Source: the human T2T-CHM13v2.0 reference genome, Homo sapiens | DNA length: 64,000 nucleotides | Direction: 5' to 3' (one strand) | Assembly: GCF_009914755.1 (NCBI RefSeq) | Contig: NC_060935.1 | Shown here: in pieces, positions 18,502-35,828 of the stretch | Layout: every line of letters begins with the position of its first letter | Position numbering within the stretch: the stretch's first letter is position 1 | Notes under the pieces: generated by a model | Databases searched by the model: none | Seen by the model: only the letters and a program-made list of their open reading frames with translations | What the model was told of the DNA's origin: nothing | Program-made: the position numbers and the translations under genes

Positions 18502-18704
18502 TCAGAATTATGCAGCTATGGACTTTTAAGGGAAAAAAAGTTCGCTCGTTCAAAATCTGGGGAACAAGACAGTCTGGGGTACATAACAATGATGTTTATC
18601 CCAGTGAAAATCTTTTCTTTGCCTATGCCTACCCTGTCCAAGTGATCAAAAGTAGTAACCAGTTGGCTCATTTCTTACTCATGCCATTTTTCTGTCTTGC
18701 CTTC

Positions 18705-19131
18705 TGCTATGGCTTGGATATGATTTGTTTGTCCCCACAAAAACTCATGTTGAAATTTAATCCCTGATGTGGTGGTGTTGGGAGATGAGGCCTAATGGAA
18801 GTGGTCTGGTGTATGGGAGCAGATCCCTCATGAGTGGCTTGGTGCTGTTTCCGTGGACTGCATGAGTTCTTGCAAGAATGGGCTTGTTTCCACCACAGTA
18901 GGTTGTTATAAGGCCAGGATGCCCCTCAGGGGTTCCCCTTTTTGCACATGTCCACTTCCCCTTTGACCTTCTTCACCACGTTGTGATGCAGCACGAAAGC
19001 CCTCACCAGAAGCCAGGGCCATGCCCTTGAACTTCTCATCGTGTAGAACCATGAGCTAAATAAACCTCTTTTCTTTATAAATTGCCCAGTGTCAGGTATT
19101 CCTTTACAGCAACATAAAATGGGCTAAGGCA
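18705..19131 (+). mobile_element. MSTB-like MaLR solo LTR
   Basis: tgctatggcttggatatg...aataaacctcttttctttataaattgcccag...gggctaaggca. Confidence 0.85.
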
Positions 19132-19491
19132 CCTTCTTTCTCTCCCAACTCCCCTACTCCAGGGAACAATGTGCAGCTTAAGAACTGGAGTCTGAGTCCC
19201 AGGGAGTGAGGCTCCTGCCTTCCTTTACCCTCTCACTACTTGTTTAAGCCAAAAGGTTAATTATGTTCTTAGCAGGGGACCACTGCCCCAGTATGTTGAA
19301 GACAAGAGAAAAAGTTTACTATACAACTTACGCTTCTGGTGCTCAGTTCAAACCATCCCCTGTATCTTGTGCTATATCAAATCACATCATCTTCTTGTTT
19401 ATTTTTGTTTTCAGTGTTGGCTTGACACCTTCCCTTTTAGATTCATCACCTTCCAGACAGGAGTGCAAATGATGTTTTTAATATGAATATA

Positions 19492-19745
19492 TAGTTGACC
19501 CTTGAACAACATGGGTTTCAGTTGTGCCGGTCCACTTGTATGTGAATTTTTTTCAATAAATATATTGGAAAATTTCTTGGAGATTTGTGACAATTTCAGA
19601 AAACTTACTAATGACCTGTGTAGCCTAGAAATATCAAAGCATTTAATAAAAAGGTCATGAATTCACAAGATACATGTAGTTACTAGTCTATTTTATCATT
19701 TACTATCATAAAATATACATAAGTCTATGACAAAAAGTTAAAATT
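19492..19745 (+). mobile_element. Tigger2-like fragment
   Basis: agttgacccttgaacaacatgggttt terminus. Confidence 0.75.
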
Positions 19746-20376
<631 letters not shown>

Positions 20377-20540
20377 ACCCACGGACCTTGCATGGTGCTA
20401 TTCATAGTTGAGAGAAATTGCTATAAGACATGCAACCTTAAGCTTTAACAAATAGGGCCAAATTTTTTCCAAAGTGTCACCAGTGTGACCAGCCATATAT
20501 GAGAGTTTCAGTCGCTTTACATTCTTGTCAACACTTGATC

Positions 20541-20646
20541 TTTTTTTAATGTGGAACACTTCATAAATATATGTGTCATCCTTGAACGGGCCACGCTAAT
20601 CTCTGTAACCTTTCAATTTTAGTATATATGCTGTTTAAATGAGAAT
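20541..20646 (-). pseudogene. U6 snRNA retropseudogene
   Basis: Diverged near-full-length reverse complement of U6 (aatgtggaacacttcataaat..gtgtcatccttg..gctaat..caattttagtatatatgctg); short poly(A); TSD-like aacacttgatctt / aatacttggtctt. Confidence 0.92.
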
Positions 20647-21461
20647 AATACTTGGTCTTAATCAAACTTGCTCTAGCAGCCGTATTGGTGGGGAAGTGGT
20701 TGTATCCACTGCTGTTTTAATTTGCATTCCCCTGATTATTATTTTTGTTTGGCAGCTTTTCAGTGTTTATTTTCATTGGACTTTCTTCTTGGTAAATTGA
20801 CTGTTTACATCTTTTGCCCATTTTTCTATTGAAAAATGAGTAGTCTTATTTTTCCTAAAGACTACTTTTATTGAGTAGTCTTTTTTCTTATTAATCTATA
20901 TAAGTTCTTTTGTCCATGTTTTAGTTACGAGTTCTTCTCAGTTACATGCATTGCAATATTCAACCACTCTGTGGGTTGTCTTTTCTATGGTGTATTGTGA
21001 GAAAATGGCTGAATGACAGCAAATCTTGAAAATATTCGATCCTTTTCTTAAGAAAGAGTGAATAGTTCTTGAAGAAAATTATTAAGACATTCAAGCATTA
21101 GTCTTTATATTTCTTCTGGCAATGTAAGACCAGTGCTTTTGCCATGTCTCCTGTTATTCTTTAGAAAATGGTTTCTTTTCCTAATTTATATTTCCTTACA
21201 TTTTTTTGTTCTTGTTGCACGGTTAATGACCTTCTCCACAATTTTTATGTGGTGATCTTCAAGGAACAATTTTAAAGTTTAGAATTCCACTGTACATTGT
21301 TGGAGACTGATTCTGGCTGTTTGCAAATATTTTTGTATATGATTAACCTCTAGTTTACACCGGAAAACAAGATAACTCAAAAAAGAAAAATCATATATTT
21401 TCTTTTGAATTACACAAAACTTCAAAGGTTGAGATTCGCGTTTTAAAATTTCTCTTTATTG

Positions 21462-21770
21462 CTGCTGGGTGCCATGGCTCACGCCTGTAATCCCAGCACT
21501 TTGGGAGGCTGAGGCAAATGGATTGCTTGAGGTCAGGAGTTTGAGAGCAGACTGGGCAACATGGCAAAACCCCATCTCCACCAAAAATACAAAAAATTAT
21601 CCAAGTGTGGTGGTGTACACCTGTGGTCCCAGCTACTCAGGAGGCTGAGGTAAGAGGATCACCTGAGTCCAGGAAACGGAGGTTGCAGTCCATGAGCTAT
21701 CGCACCACTACACTCCCACCTGGGTGTGGTTGACAGAGTAAGACCTGTCTCAAAAAATAAAATAAAATAA
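21462..21770 (+). mobile_element. AluJ/S
   Basis: TSD aaaatttctctttattgc / aaaatttatctttattgc. Confidence 0.93.
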
Positions 21771-21793
21771 AATTTATCTTTATTGCATACACA

Positions 21794-22504
<711 letters not shown>

Positions 22505-23726
22505 TGCAACTTCATAATGAGCACTCTGTCTTATCCTTTTACTATTACATCTATATTATCCAGCATTTTCTATTAATGAGACAGAAAAGAATGGACAATT
22601 GTTTCCAGTTTCCAAAAATGTTATAAGTGAAGAAAAACTGCTTCTGAAACAGTAAACTCTACAAACGATCAGATTATTTTTTAGGGGGTAGTACTTTATA
22701 ACTAATATAGTTTAAGTTTACAACTGTGAACAAAAACTTGATCGACCTTTGGTCAGTATTATTATTGTATTAAAATTTTCTACAAATTAAACATTTTTAA
22801 AAAGGAAAAAAATGTCTACAGTCCCACATCCCTTTATTGCCTGCACCGTGGGCAGATTACTCTCACTGCCCCACTCTTGGTATGTCTCTGCTGGCAAGTA
22901 TGATATTTTCTGTAAACTTTTGGCAAATACTTTGTCACCTAAGAAAGTTCCCTGCTGTTCCTGAGGGATTACTACTCACCCAGTATATGGTCAGCTCTAA
23001 CTACATAATGTCATGAGGAATGAAGGATATATTTGGAAAAGAATGTAGTGTGATTAACAATCTGTAAATTCTAAACTTGAGAAAGTTTTATTCCTATGGC
23101 AAAGAATCTGGAAAAGATGTTTTCCTGAAATCCGTGCAGCCATCAGCATTCACCATTGGTCTAAAACTAACAGACAATCCTATAAGCACTTAAAGACACA
23201 GAAAGGAGATGAATTTATGCACTGGTTTTTCAAGCAGGAAGATAATTAACGATGACTCTGTACATTTGTTTAAACTTCTTTCAGAAGAGGCTTGTGAAAG
23301 GTATATTAGAACGACAATGGCAAGCTGATTCTACTTTTACCTGGATGTTTCCATTAATAGGTGTATTCCTTTAGCAGAACATTCTTGAATTCCACCAATC
23401 CCTGTGAACGATAGTAAAGAAGAGTCACAACATGCTTTCCCTGAAAATGGATTTATCCTACTCTTTTCAAGCTTTACTTTCAGACTCATGTGCATTGACA
23501 GACACTAAAAAGGTAAAATCTTTATTTTCAATGTATTAAACGATTTAACATTTCTTACTAGAGTATGATATACAGTATATCAGGAAAGAGTATGACATAT
23601 ATGCACTAATCGTAAATTATACAAAAGTCATTGATTCAACTCCCATTTTTGTAATATTCTAATGTTTACTAACTTGGGAGAAGCCCAACAAAATTATAAA
23701 GTTTAGTTTACTTTTCTTATTGACTG

Positions 23727-24265
23727 GTTATGGTAGCCAGCCTTTAAGATGGCCACAATGATTCTTGCTTCCTGGTATTCACACCCTTGCATAGTCTTCT
23801 GTGACATTAGTCATATAGGATTAGTTTATGTAACCAGAAGAATACAGCAGATACGCTGGTGTGTGACTTCTGAGGACAAGTCATAAAAGACATCACTCCT
23901 TCTGCTTTCCTTTCTTGGATCACCTGCTCTGGGGGTACTAAGTCCCATATTGTAAAGATAACTAACCCTAAGAAGATGTCAATGTGGCAAGAAACTGAGG
24001 CATCCTGCCAATAGTCAGGGCCACTTTGAGATATGTGCATAAATCATCTTAAAAGCAGGTCCTCTACCCCTGTCAAGCCTTTGGATTACTATAGCTCCAG
24101 CTGATCTTGACTGCAACCTCATGAGAGACCCCTAGCTAGAATCACCAAGCTAAGCCATCCCCAAACATCTGACCCACAGAAACTGTGAGAATAATAAATA
24201 TTTACTATTGTATTAATGCATATGTTTTGGGATAATTTATTATACAGCAATAGCCGACTTACACA
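23727..24265 (+). mobile_element. MLT1F-like LTR
   Basis: tggtagccagcctttaagatggcc...ctgacccacagaaactgtgagaataataaat. Confidence 0.8.
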
Positions 24266-25139
24266 CTAGATAAATGTATCTCTCTTCAGTTTAATGTGGA
24301 ACATTGGCCCTCACTAATTTTCCCCTCTTTTCTCCCAGGATAAGACACACTATTGTTAATAACACTGGCTCATAGTGGTAGAAGGGGTGGGGAGTAGGGG
24401 GATAAATCTGAATTCCTTGAGATTCCTTCTAGAAAAGAAAAACACAATTTCTTAACACTCAGATACTCTTCCTTAGGGAATATAAGAATTTCCTCCTCAT
24501 TCTCTGGGAATCAGTGATGTGAAATATTAACATACAGTTGAAAAACAGGTTTTCTCCTTAAAATCCAGTTTCATTGTAGATATTTCTGACAGTGTGAGTA
24601 CATCTACTGCTGGCAGTGTAGGGCTTGGCTTTAAAACTGGACTTCTTTGAGAAAAGCAAGGGAGGCTTGTATCCCTTTCAAAAGAAGAAAAAAATGGTCT
24701 GTCACATAGTTATATTGGAAGAGAAGCCATTGAGATAAATGCTAAAGTTTGTACAAATATACTGCATTTGCTCATTGCTTCTTTCTATCCCTTGGTTTGA
24801 GTTCTACATTTTAGAATAATATAGAAAAACTTTTTATTAACTTTATAAGGACTCTGTGAGTATTTGAATTACTATGCCCTAAAGTTAAACATCTCTGTTT
24901 TATTATCCACTGTCCAGTTAGCATTGGAGCTCCCATCTGTGGCTGGAACCCTGTGTTTCCTGGAATCCTCTTCCATTTGTGATTCCAGATTGGTTTTCCA
25001 ATAAGAGAAACTCATTAGTTTTTAAAGCAAAAGACATTCTCCTTAGAAGGTAGTGGTGGTTGGTCATGGCAACTTCCTCAGGCTCAGTAACTTTACAGGC
25101 ATCTCCATTTTGTTTTTCTACTTTTGCAAATATATGTGA

Positions 25140-26670
25140 CATGGTGAAAAAGTCTAATATTCACATAATTTGAGTTTCATAAGGAGAGTAAAGAGAGACA
25201 TAATTAGAACAATACTTGAAGAGATCATAGCCACGAATTTTCAAAACTGGTAAAAGACATCAAACCACAGACTCAAGAAACTCTACAAACACAAGCAGGA
25301 TAAAAAACAAAAAACAAAACACTCTATTCCTAGGCACATAGTAAAACTCCTGGAAACAAAAAGAAAAGAGAAAATCTTAAAAATAGTTTCACTAAATTCA
25401 AAGGAGTAATAAATAAGACAGACAGCTGACTTTTCAAAAGCAATTATGGAACCAAAAGACAATAGTGGTATCTTTAAAATTCTGAAAGAAAATATCTGCC
25501 AACCTAGACTTCTATACCTGAGAAATATCCCTCAGTAGTGAAGGTTAAATAAAAGAGGTTTCAGATAAACAAACGCTAAGACAGTTTATTATTAGTAGAC
25601 CCACACTACAGAGGTCTTCAGGCAGAAGGCAAATAATCCCAGAGAAAAGTGTGAAAACTCATGAAGGAATAAAGAACAGTGGAGGGTAAAAGTGGGTAAA
25701 TCTAAACAAATATTGACTGTATAGAACAATGATAACAATGTCTTGTGAGGCTAAAAATACATATAAAATTAAATATACAACCCCAATAGCACAAAAATCA
25801 GGAAAGAGGTAAATGAAATTAAAGCATTGTAAGATCCTTGCATTGGATGGGAAATAGAAAACTAGTTTAGAGTAGATTTTTATTATATCAAGAATGTACA
25901 CTGTAATAATTACTATAAACAGAAGAATGGGTAATAAATTATGGTATATTTATGTAACTAGAATCAAAATGAGTAGAATACTGCTACACACACCAATAAG
26001 GATGACACTCAGCAGGCATGGTGGCTCAAACCTGTAATCTCAGCACTTTGGGAAGCCCATGTGGGCAGGTCACTTAAGCCTAGAAGTTTGAGATCAGCCT
26101 GGGCAAAATGGTGAAACCCTGTCTCGACAAAAAAAAAAATAATAATGATAAAATAAAATAAAATAGCTGGACATGGTGGCATGTGCCTGTAGTCCCAGCT
26201 ATATGGGAGGCTGAGGCAGGAGGATGGACTAAGCCCAGGAGGTCAAGGCTGCAGTGAGCTGTGTGTGTGCCACTACACTCCAGCCTGTGTGAAAGAGCAG
26301 AGCTTGTCTCAAACACACACACACACACACTCTCTCTCTCTCTCAAAAAGGAAAAAAAAGGATGACGCTCATGAACATAAAGTTGAGAGGAAAAAAAGCC
26401 AGACACAAAAGAATACATATTGTATGATTCATTTATGTAAAGTATTCTAATGGAAAAACTAATCTATAGTGATAAAAGCCAGAAAAATACTTAACTTTAG
26501 GGAAAGAGTGGGAGGAATGAAAAGGGAGGCTTCTGGGTGATGGTAATTTCTACTTCTTGATCTGGAAGGGAGGTAGATATATGGGTGTATTCACTTTGTA
26601 AACTTCATTATTTCTATGCTTTTATGTATATAAACTGTATGTTAAACTTCAATTAAAAGTTTACTTTAAA
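25140..26670 (+). mobile_element. Old L1ME fragments with AluJ insert (~26010-26360)
   Basis: ORF1-like A-rich sequence and L1ME 3'-end motifs. Confidence 0.7.
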
Positions 26671-26683
26671 AATACTATGTTCA

Positions 26684-26993
26684 GGCCAGGTGCAGTGGCT
26701 CATGCCTGTATTCCTAGCACTTTGGGAAGCCGAGGCAGGAGGATGGCTTGAGGCCTGGAGTTCAAGACCAGCCTGGGTGACATAGTGAGAGCCCATTTCT
26801 GCAAAAAAAAAAAAAAAAAAAAAAATTTTAAATGAAATAGCTACGCATGGTGGTGCACACCTATAGTCCTAGCTACTCTGGCTAAGGCAAGAGGATTGCT
26901 TCAGCCTGAGAGTTCAAAGTTACAGTGAGCTATGATCATGCCACTGCACTCCAGTCTGGGCAACAGAGCAAAACTCTGTCTCTTAAAAAAAAA
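26684..26993 (+). mobile_element. AluJ
   Basis: Alu dimer with expanded linker. Confidence 0.92.
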
Positions 26994-27469
26994 TTATGTT
27001 GGTTGTGCAGTGAGCAGGGTAAAATAATTCTGGCTTCACCATGTACTAGCCAGGTCACTATGGGCAAGGACTTTTGCTGTCATAGGTAAGGGATGAGTTA
27101 CTTCTGTGAGACGGAGATAATATTTGCCTCACAGGGTTGTCAAAATTAGCAAATGAAATAATCTATTAGACATTCCATAAGCTATGTTTATTTCATCATT
27201 AAGACCAAAGGGTATGCACTTTTATCATCCTCATTTTATAGATAAGGCAGCTGAGAGACAAGAGTTTAAGTAGGTTGCCCAGGGTCCCTTAGATGATAAA
27301 CAGCAAATATTAGGATTCAAACTCTCATAGTCTGGTTCCAGAATCTTTTCTTTTGCTCACTATGTGAATGTCATAAAGACATAGATTTTTTATTTTTTAT
27401 TTTTTGTTCACTGATAATTTCATATGCTTAGATCTGGCAAATCATATGACTTCATTAAAATAAACAGTA

Positions 27470-27761
<292 letters not shown>

Positions 27762-27927
27762 TCACTAAATTAAAATTAAAAAATAAAATAAAATGATGAC
27801 TACTTGGCTGTAGTTTAACTGTTCTAAGAAATGTGTTTTGATGTTTTGCTATAAGATAGTACTGCCATTCATAATTTTAAATCTGCAGAAGTGAATCATT
27901 TGACTTTGCTGGGTGCTCATCAAACAT

Positions 27928-27946
27928 TCCTGCCACCTGGTGGTAA
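27928..27946 (-). promoter_or_regulatory. Candidate CTCF site
   Basis: Minus strand TTACCACCAGGTGGCAGGA resembles the CTCF core; motif match only. Confidence 0.55.
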
Positions 27947-28429
27947 CATATATAAATTGCAAGGGGAGATATTTTTAAGAAGTAAATTCCCTTTGAGACC
28001 TGAATTGGCACAAGACCTCTCTGAGGTAATGGCTGTTAAGGAGAGAGCTCCTCCTGTAGCCTGAATTTTATGTTTATTGAGAATTTAGAGAAAAGCAACT
28101 TTGTAAAGATTAAGATTTTTAAAAGATTTTCCCAAACAACCTTACAAGGAAAAATCAAGAGCCTATTACTAATCTCACGTTGACATAGGCCATGGAGATG
28201 TAGATGTTGGACTACTAATGAATACAGCCCAGAAGAAATCAGTCATATAGTCCCTACCTATGCTGATCCCCTTTCCCTTCTCTGGAAAGTCACTGTTGAC
28301 TTAGATTAGTAAATGGGTTCATAAAGAGGAAATAAAACAGTTCATAATAATAAAGATAATACCTATAGCTACCATTCATTATGCTAAGAGCTTTGGATGT
28401 ATTGTCTCATCTAATCCTAACAACTCTAT

Positions 28430-30120
28430 TGATCCACTTATTTAAAAAATATTATGTGTCAGGCACTCTTGTAGGTGCTAATAATATAGCAGTAAACAAA
28501 TAAGAAAAAAATCCCTGGCCTCATAGAACATAACTTCTAGCAATAGAGGCAGATGACAAACACATAAATAAGTAAACCATATTGTGTGTTAGATTGTTTT
28601 CTGTTATACTGAGAAGAATTAGAGCAGGGAGAAGGGATAGGGAGTGCTGGGGAGGATTACAATTTTAAATAGATTGGGGAAAGATCTGGCTGAGAAAATA
28701 ACATCTGAAGGAGGTAAGAAGTTGCTATGAGGACATTTGAAAGAAGAGCATTTTAGGTGAGGAATAAGCAAATCAAAAGCCCCTATCAGGGAGCATGACT
28801 GGTAGGCTTGAAGAGCAACAATAAAGAGGCCTGTGATTAGAGTAACACAGGCAGAAAGAGGGGTTGAAAGTAAATGTCAGAGAGGTAATCCGGAGCCAAA
28901 TGACAGAGACTTACAAATCATATGATGGTCTTTGGCTTTTACTTTGAGCAAGCTGGGGAGCCACGTGAAGGTTTTAGCAGAGGCAGGAACACAATTTGGC
29001 TTATATTTTAATAAAAACACAAAGGCTGCTGTATTAAGAAAGATCAAAGGGGAGGGGCAAGGGCAGAAGCAGAGAGAGCAGTTTGGTTACTGCAATAATC
29101 CGGAAGAGAAATGACAGTGGTTTGCACAGATTGTAGCACTGGAGGTCTTAAGAAGCGTTCTGATTCTGTATATAATTTGAAGTAGAACCAAAAGGATCTC
29201 CTGAGGTATTTGGATGTGGGGTGTGGGAGAGGTGTAAAAAAATGGGATGACGGGCGCGGTGGCTCACGCCTGTAATCCCAGCACCTTGGGAGGCTGAGGT
29301 GGGCGGATCACAAGGTCAGGAGATTGAGACCATCCTGGCTAACACGGTGAAACCCCATCTCTACTAAAAATACAAAAAATTAGCAGGGCGTGGTGGCGGG
29401 CGCCTGTAGTCTCAGCTACTCAGGAGGCTGAGGCAGGAGAATGGTGTAAACCCAGGAGGTAGAGCTTGCAGCGAGCTGAGAAGGCGCCACTGCACTCCAG
29501 CCTGGGCGACAGAGCGAGACTCCGTCTCAAAAAAAAAGGCACGAAGATGTGAAGGAACAATGAGATGATCATTTGTAAGATGAAGACTAGAAGAAGCAAG
29601 CTTTTGCTGAAGTAGACGTTGGCAAGATTAAGAGCTTGTTTTTAAACCTGTTAAGTCTGAGATGCTTTTGGTTATCCAAGTGGGGAAGTTTAGTAGGCAT
29701 TTTAATGTATAAGTCTGGAATTCAGGGGATTTGTTTAGGTTGGAGATAAGTTTAGGAATAATTGGCATGCTGATGGTATTCAAAGTCATAAAACTGATGA
29801 CACCTCAAAGAAAGTCAATGTAGATAACAAGTGAAAAAAGATTCAAGGACTCAGCACTGAGGCACTCAACATTAAGAGGTTAAAAAGATGAGGAAAAACC
29901 AGCAACAGAGACCAAGGAGAGGTGCATAAAGTAGGAGAAAAGTCAGGAGAGTGTAGTGTTCTTGGAAACCAAGCGAAGAAACCGTTTTCAGGAGGAGGAG
30001 GGAGTGATTAACCTTGTTAAAAGCCACAGATAAGTCAAGTCAGATAAGAACTGCTAAGTGACCCCCGGATTTAGAAAGATGGAGTCTTTGGTGACAGTGA
30101 CATGCTATGTCAGTGGAGTG
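28430..30120 (-). mobile_element. L2 fragment interrupted by AluY (+, 29250-29537)
   Basis: L2 3'-end motifs (tgtcaggcact..aggtgct, ggagccac..gaaggtttt, aagtctggaattcaggg). Confidence 0.75.
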
Positions 30121-30871
30121 GAGGTGGCAACAGCCTTTGCTGAGCTACCAATGGAACTAGGGCTCCTTGGAGAAATTATCAATTCCAGATTTGAGGGAAG
30201 AAATGTACAAAAAGCAAGGAATCTATCAAATACTAATGAGGCCTTTTTAAAAGAACACACACACACAAACAAAACAACTTTAAGGGGCCCCTAAAGTTGG
30301 CACACTTTGGGCATTAAAACTATTATCTGTAATTACTGGAAACATCAAATACATAAACCTCTAAGAAATTATAAGTATTAATACTTACAAAAAGCACTTA
30401 ATGGCCACTTCTAGAGATTGTTAGGACACCAATTTATTATTCTAAAAATTGGTAAATAATAGCAAAAAAACAAGCATTTGTCTGACCTTTCCTAAACTGA
30501 GTTTCAGGGTAACCAAATAGTTAATACAGTTGTTGAACCTTATTTTTCTACACTGAAAAATTCCAACTAATAAATGCAAAGGGAATGATGAAAGTAGAAA
30601 ATAAGCATTTTACAATATTTAGTGAAACATCTAAGCAACAATCATCAGTGGATGCCGAAACCATTAGGACAAATAACAATAGGGAGCTTTATAAGCAATG
30701 GACCAGGCTTATAAAGCTCACTAAAAGTGTGACAATGAAACATTACAGTATATGCCTCCCAGTGTGATGCAGCAGGACATACTTAGTATACCTAGAATAT
30801 GATGTGAAGTATTCTTACAAATAAAAACAAACAAACAAAAAATAAAACTTAAATTGGATCAAGTCTTTAGA

Positions 30872-30998
30872 TCTGGGGTGGACAAACTTTCTGTAAAAGG
30901 CCAGATAGTAAATATTTCAGGCTTTGTGGGCTACATGCAATCTTATTAAATATTCTTGTTTTTCCTTGTGTTTTAACAACTCTTTAAAAATATAAAAA
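30872..30998. mobile_element. MER58 fragment
   Basis: ttctgtaaaaggccagatagtaaatatttcaggctttgtgggc. Confidence 0.75.
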
Positions 30999-31001
30999 TG
31001 T

Positions 31002-32605
<1,604 letters not shown>

Positions 32606-33599
32606 TTAAAGGAAAAATAAAACACATAGCAATCAAATGTAATGCATGAATGCTTACTTGGATTATGACTTAAGTCAACAGAGAAAAGATATATTTTTTA
32701 AAGACATAAAAATAGTTCAACAGCACAGAGTATTATTTTTTGAGTTTCTCTAAGATTGATATTATTTCCTTTTTAAGTGTTTGAATATAATTCATTGTGT
32801 AGTCATGTGGGCCTAGAGCTTCCTTCATGAGAAAGTTAAATTAAATTAAATTAATTAATTATTTTAGAGACAAGGTCTTGCTATGTTCCCCATGCTGGTC
32901 TTGAACTTCTGGGCTCAAGCAATCCCCTCTCCTCAGTCTTCCAGAGTTCTGAGATTATAGGCATGGGCCACTGCACTCGGCCTATGAGACGGTTTTGAAT
33001 TACAGATTTAACATGTTTAATAAATATGATGTTGTGCAGATTTTGTATTTCTTTTTCCGTCAGTTTTTGTAAGTTGTATGTTTTGAGAAATTTATCTAAG
33101 CAGCTAAATTTCTTGGCATAAAATTGTTCATATTATTCTTTCAGTGTCTGTAGGATCTGTAATGACGTCCTTTAATTCCTAATATTAGTTGATATTGAGG
33201 AATTATGCACAAAATTCTTCGCTGTTAAAGATACAATCCTAAAGAATTTATGGGTGAAATGTGATATCTAGAATTTGGTTTTAGATATTTCAGAAAAAAA
33301 ATAAAACAGTATAGATGGAATAGATGAAATAGGACTGGTAAAATGTTGAAAAATATTGAAGTTGGGTAACATACACAGGAATTCATTGTACTATTCATGT
33401 TGGAGATTTTTCTATAATAAAAATGGTATGTAAAAAAGAATGGGAGAAGAGAAATTGGAGACAGGGTTTTCAAGAAGTTTTGTTGTAAGGGGAGCAGAAA
33501 AACTGAGGTGGTAACTGGTGGAAGAATGTGGTCATGAAAGCGGACTTCTTTAATATGTGAGAAATAATAGCATGTTTGTCTGGTGATAAGAAAGATCTG

Positions 33600-35102
33600 A
33601 TTTTTCCATTAGAGCCCTTAGCATATTAATCACCATTGTTTTAAATTCCTGGTCTAATAATTCTAACATCTCTGCCATATCTGAGTCTGATTCTAATGCT
33701 TGCTCTGTCTCTTCAAACTGTGTTTTTTTTTTTGTCTTTTAGTTTATCTTGTAATTTTATTTTTTTTAATCTTTATCTTTAATTTTTTTGTTGAAAGTTG
33801 GACACAATGTAGTGGATAAAAGGAACTGAGGTAAATACATCTTTATTTTCATTTATTTATTTATTTATTTTGAGATGGAGTCTCGGTCTGTTACCCAGGC
33901 CGAAGCGCAGAGGCGTGATCTCGGCACACTGCAACCTCCGCCTCCTGGGTTCAGGTGATTCTCCAGCCTCAGTCTCCCAAGTAGCTGGAACTACAGGCAC
34001 GAGCCATCACACCTGGGCTAATTTTTGTATTTTTAGTAGAGATGGGATTTCACCATGTTGGCCAGGCTGGTCTCAAACTCCTGACCTCAAGTGATCCACC
34101 CTCCTTGGCCTCCCAAAGTGCTAGGATTACAGGTGTGAGCCACCACACCCGGCCTGTAAATAAGTCTTCAGTGGGAAGTTGTATATTTATCTTATTTATC
34201 TAGTTAGAAGTTAGGCTGTGTTTACTGTTTGTTGTAGCTGTGGGAGTCAGAGGCAAAAATTTCCTCCGGTGTCCTTGTTTTTGTCTCACCTGTTATCTTT
34301 GGATTTCCCTAGAGACTTCTTGGGAGGTCTCAGAAATAACATGCAGTTATTTCTGTTGTACTCCCTTATTATCATACAGATAAGTCCTGTTGATATAGTG
34401 GTGAGGTGTGGAGAGAGAGGAAGAATTCTATAGACCTGTGATTAGGTCTTAGACTTTAGCGAGCCTGTGCTCCTGGGCTGCACCTTTCACAAGCGCTTCT
34501 CAGTTCTTTCCCGCTTTAGTTGGCAAAAAGGGGCTGGAGTTGGGTATTTTCCTTCTCCTGTGATTAGTCTCTGGTAAAATCCAGTCAGCTAGCCTCTGAT
34601 AACATAGTTTCCATTGAGAGCAGGCTTTGTTAAGAAGAGCTGGACACTTTGGCATATTTCGAATGGCTATTTTTCCCCTCCTCTTGCCAGAAGCATGAGG
34701 ATTTTTTTTTTGTTTTTTTTTTTTTTGCTGATCTTCACCCTGAGAACCTGGTAGGGTTCTTGGAGGTAAAACTCACGAAAGTGGAGGTAAAATCCAGTAT
34801 GACTGGCCACATGCCCTGGAGTTTTTAACTTTCAAACTTGTCCACACAGAGCCTCCAGCAATTCATCTATTATAGTTTGGGTTTTTCGTTCCCCAGTACT
34901 CGTTCTTGCAGAGTTTTCTGCCCCTGGGCTTCTATTCCAGTAAGTTGTGATTCTCTGTATTTACCCATTTGTCTCTCCAGTTTGGGGGACAGAAGTGTGC
35001 CCTGTTACTTCAACTGATTTTCAGTTTATTTAGCTTTTTTATTGTTGTGAAGACAGGAGTGATGACTTCCAAGCTCCTTACTTGCTAGACCAGAAACCGG
35101 AA
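33600..35102 (-). mobile_element. L1M (MD/MC) 5' region with AluSx insert (33842-34154)
   Basis: Same family of sequence as 55180-57370. Confidence 0.65.
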
Positions 35103-35828
35103 GGGAAAGATCTAGAAGAGAGGAAAACTTGACACAGGAAAGACAGAAGAAAATTCCTAGTGTTGATGAGTTTGAATTGGTGAAAGGGGGTGTGATCTAG
35201 TGTTCAAGTGGAGGACTAGCCTTAGCTGATAACATCATGAGCACTTTATATTAGCACAGAGAAGGTAGAGGACATGGGCGCACATGAAGATTGATGGGTA
35301 TGTGGGGGTATATATGATAGTGGGAACTTGTAGAGACATCCTCTTTAATTTGCTTCTATTTCACAATGAAATAGGAAGGAAGGTTTTCTGTAGAGAAAGA
35401 CGGATGGACAGACACACACACGAGAGAGAGAGAGAATGGCAAAGTAGATGTTAGAGTTTTGAAAAGAGGAAAAAGATTATGAAAGAATTATTTGGATCAT
35501 TTAGGAGAGTGGGAGAGTTAATGGACTAGAGAAAGATTGCCAGGCAGAATTGGGGCCCATCTGAGGCTTATGGGTCACAGTTTTGAAGTGATGCCCCTGG
35601 ACTCAGAAAACAATATTTTAAATTCATTAGAGTAAAATGTACTAGTATTATCCAATATCCATTTTCCTCCTTTTAATAACAGAAGCCCAGAATTGTAGCT
35701 GGGTACATGTCCCTCCCCCACCCCCCACAAAGACATTTCTCAGCTTCCGTTGCAGGTAGGTGTGGTCATGTAACAGTCAACTGTGTTCTGGTAAATAGAA
35801 TATAGCACAAGTGGTTTGTGTAATTTCT

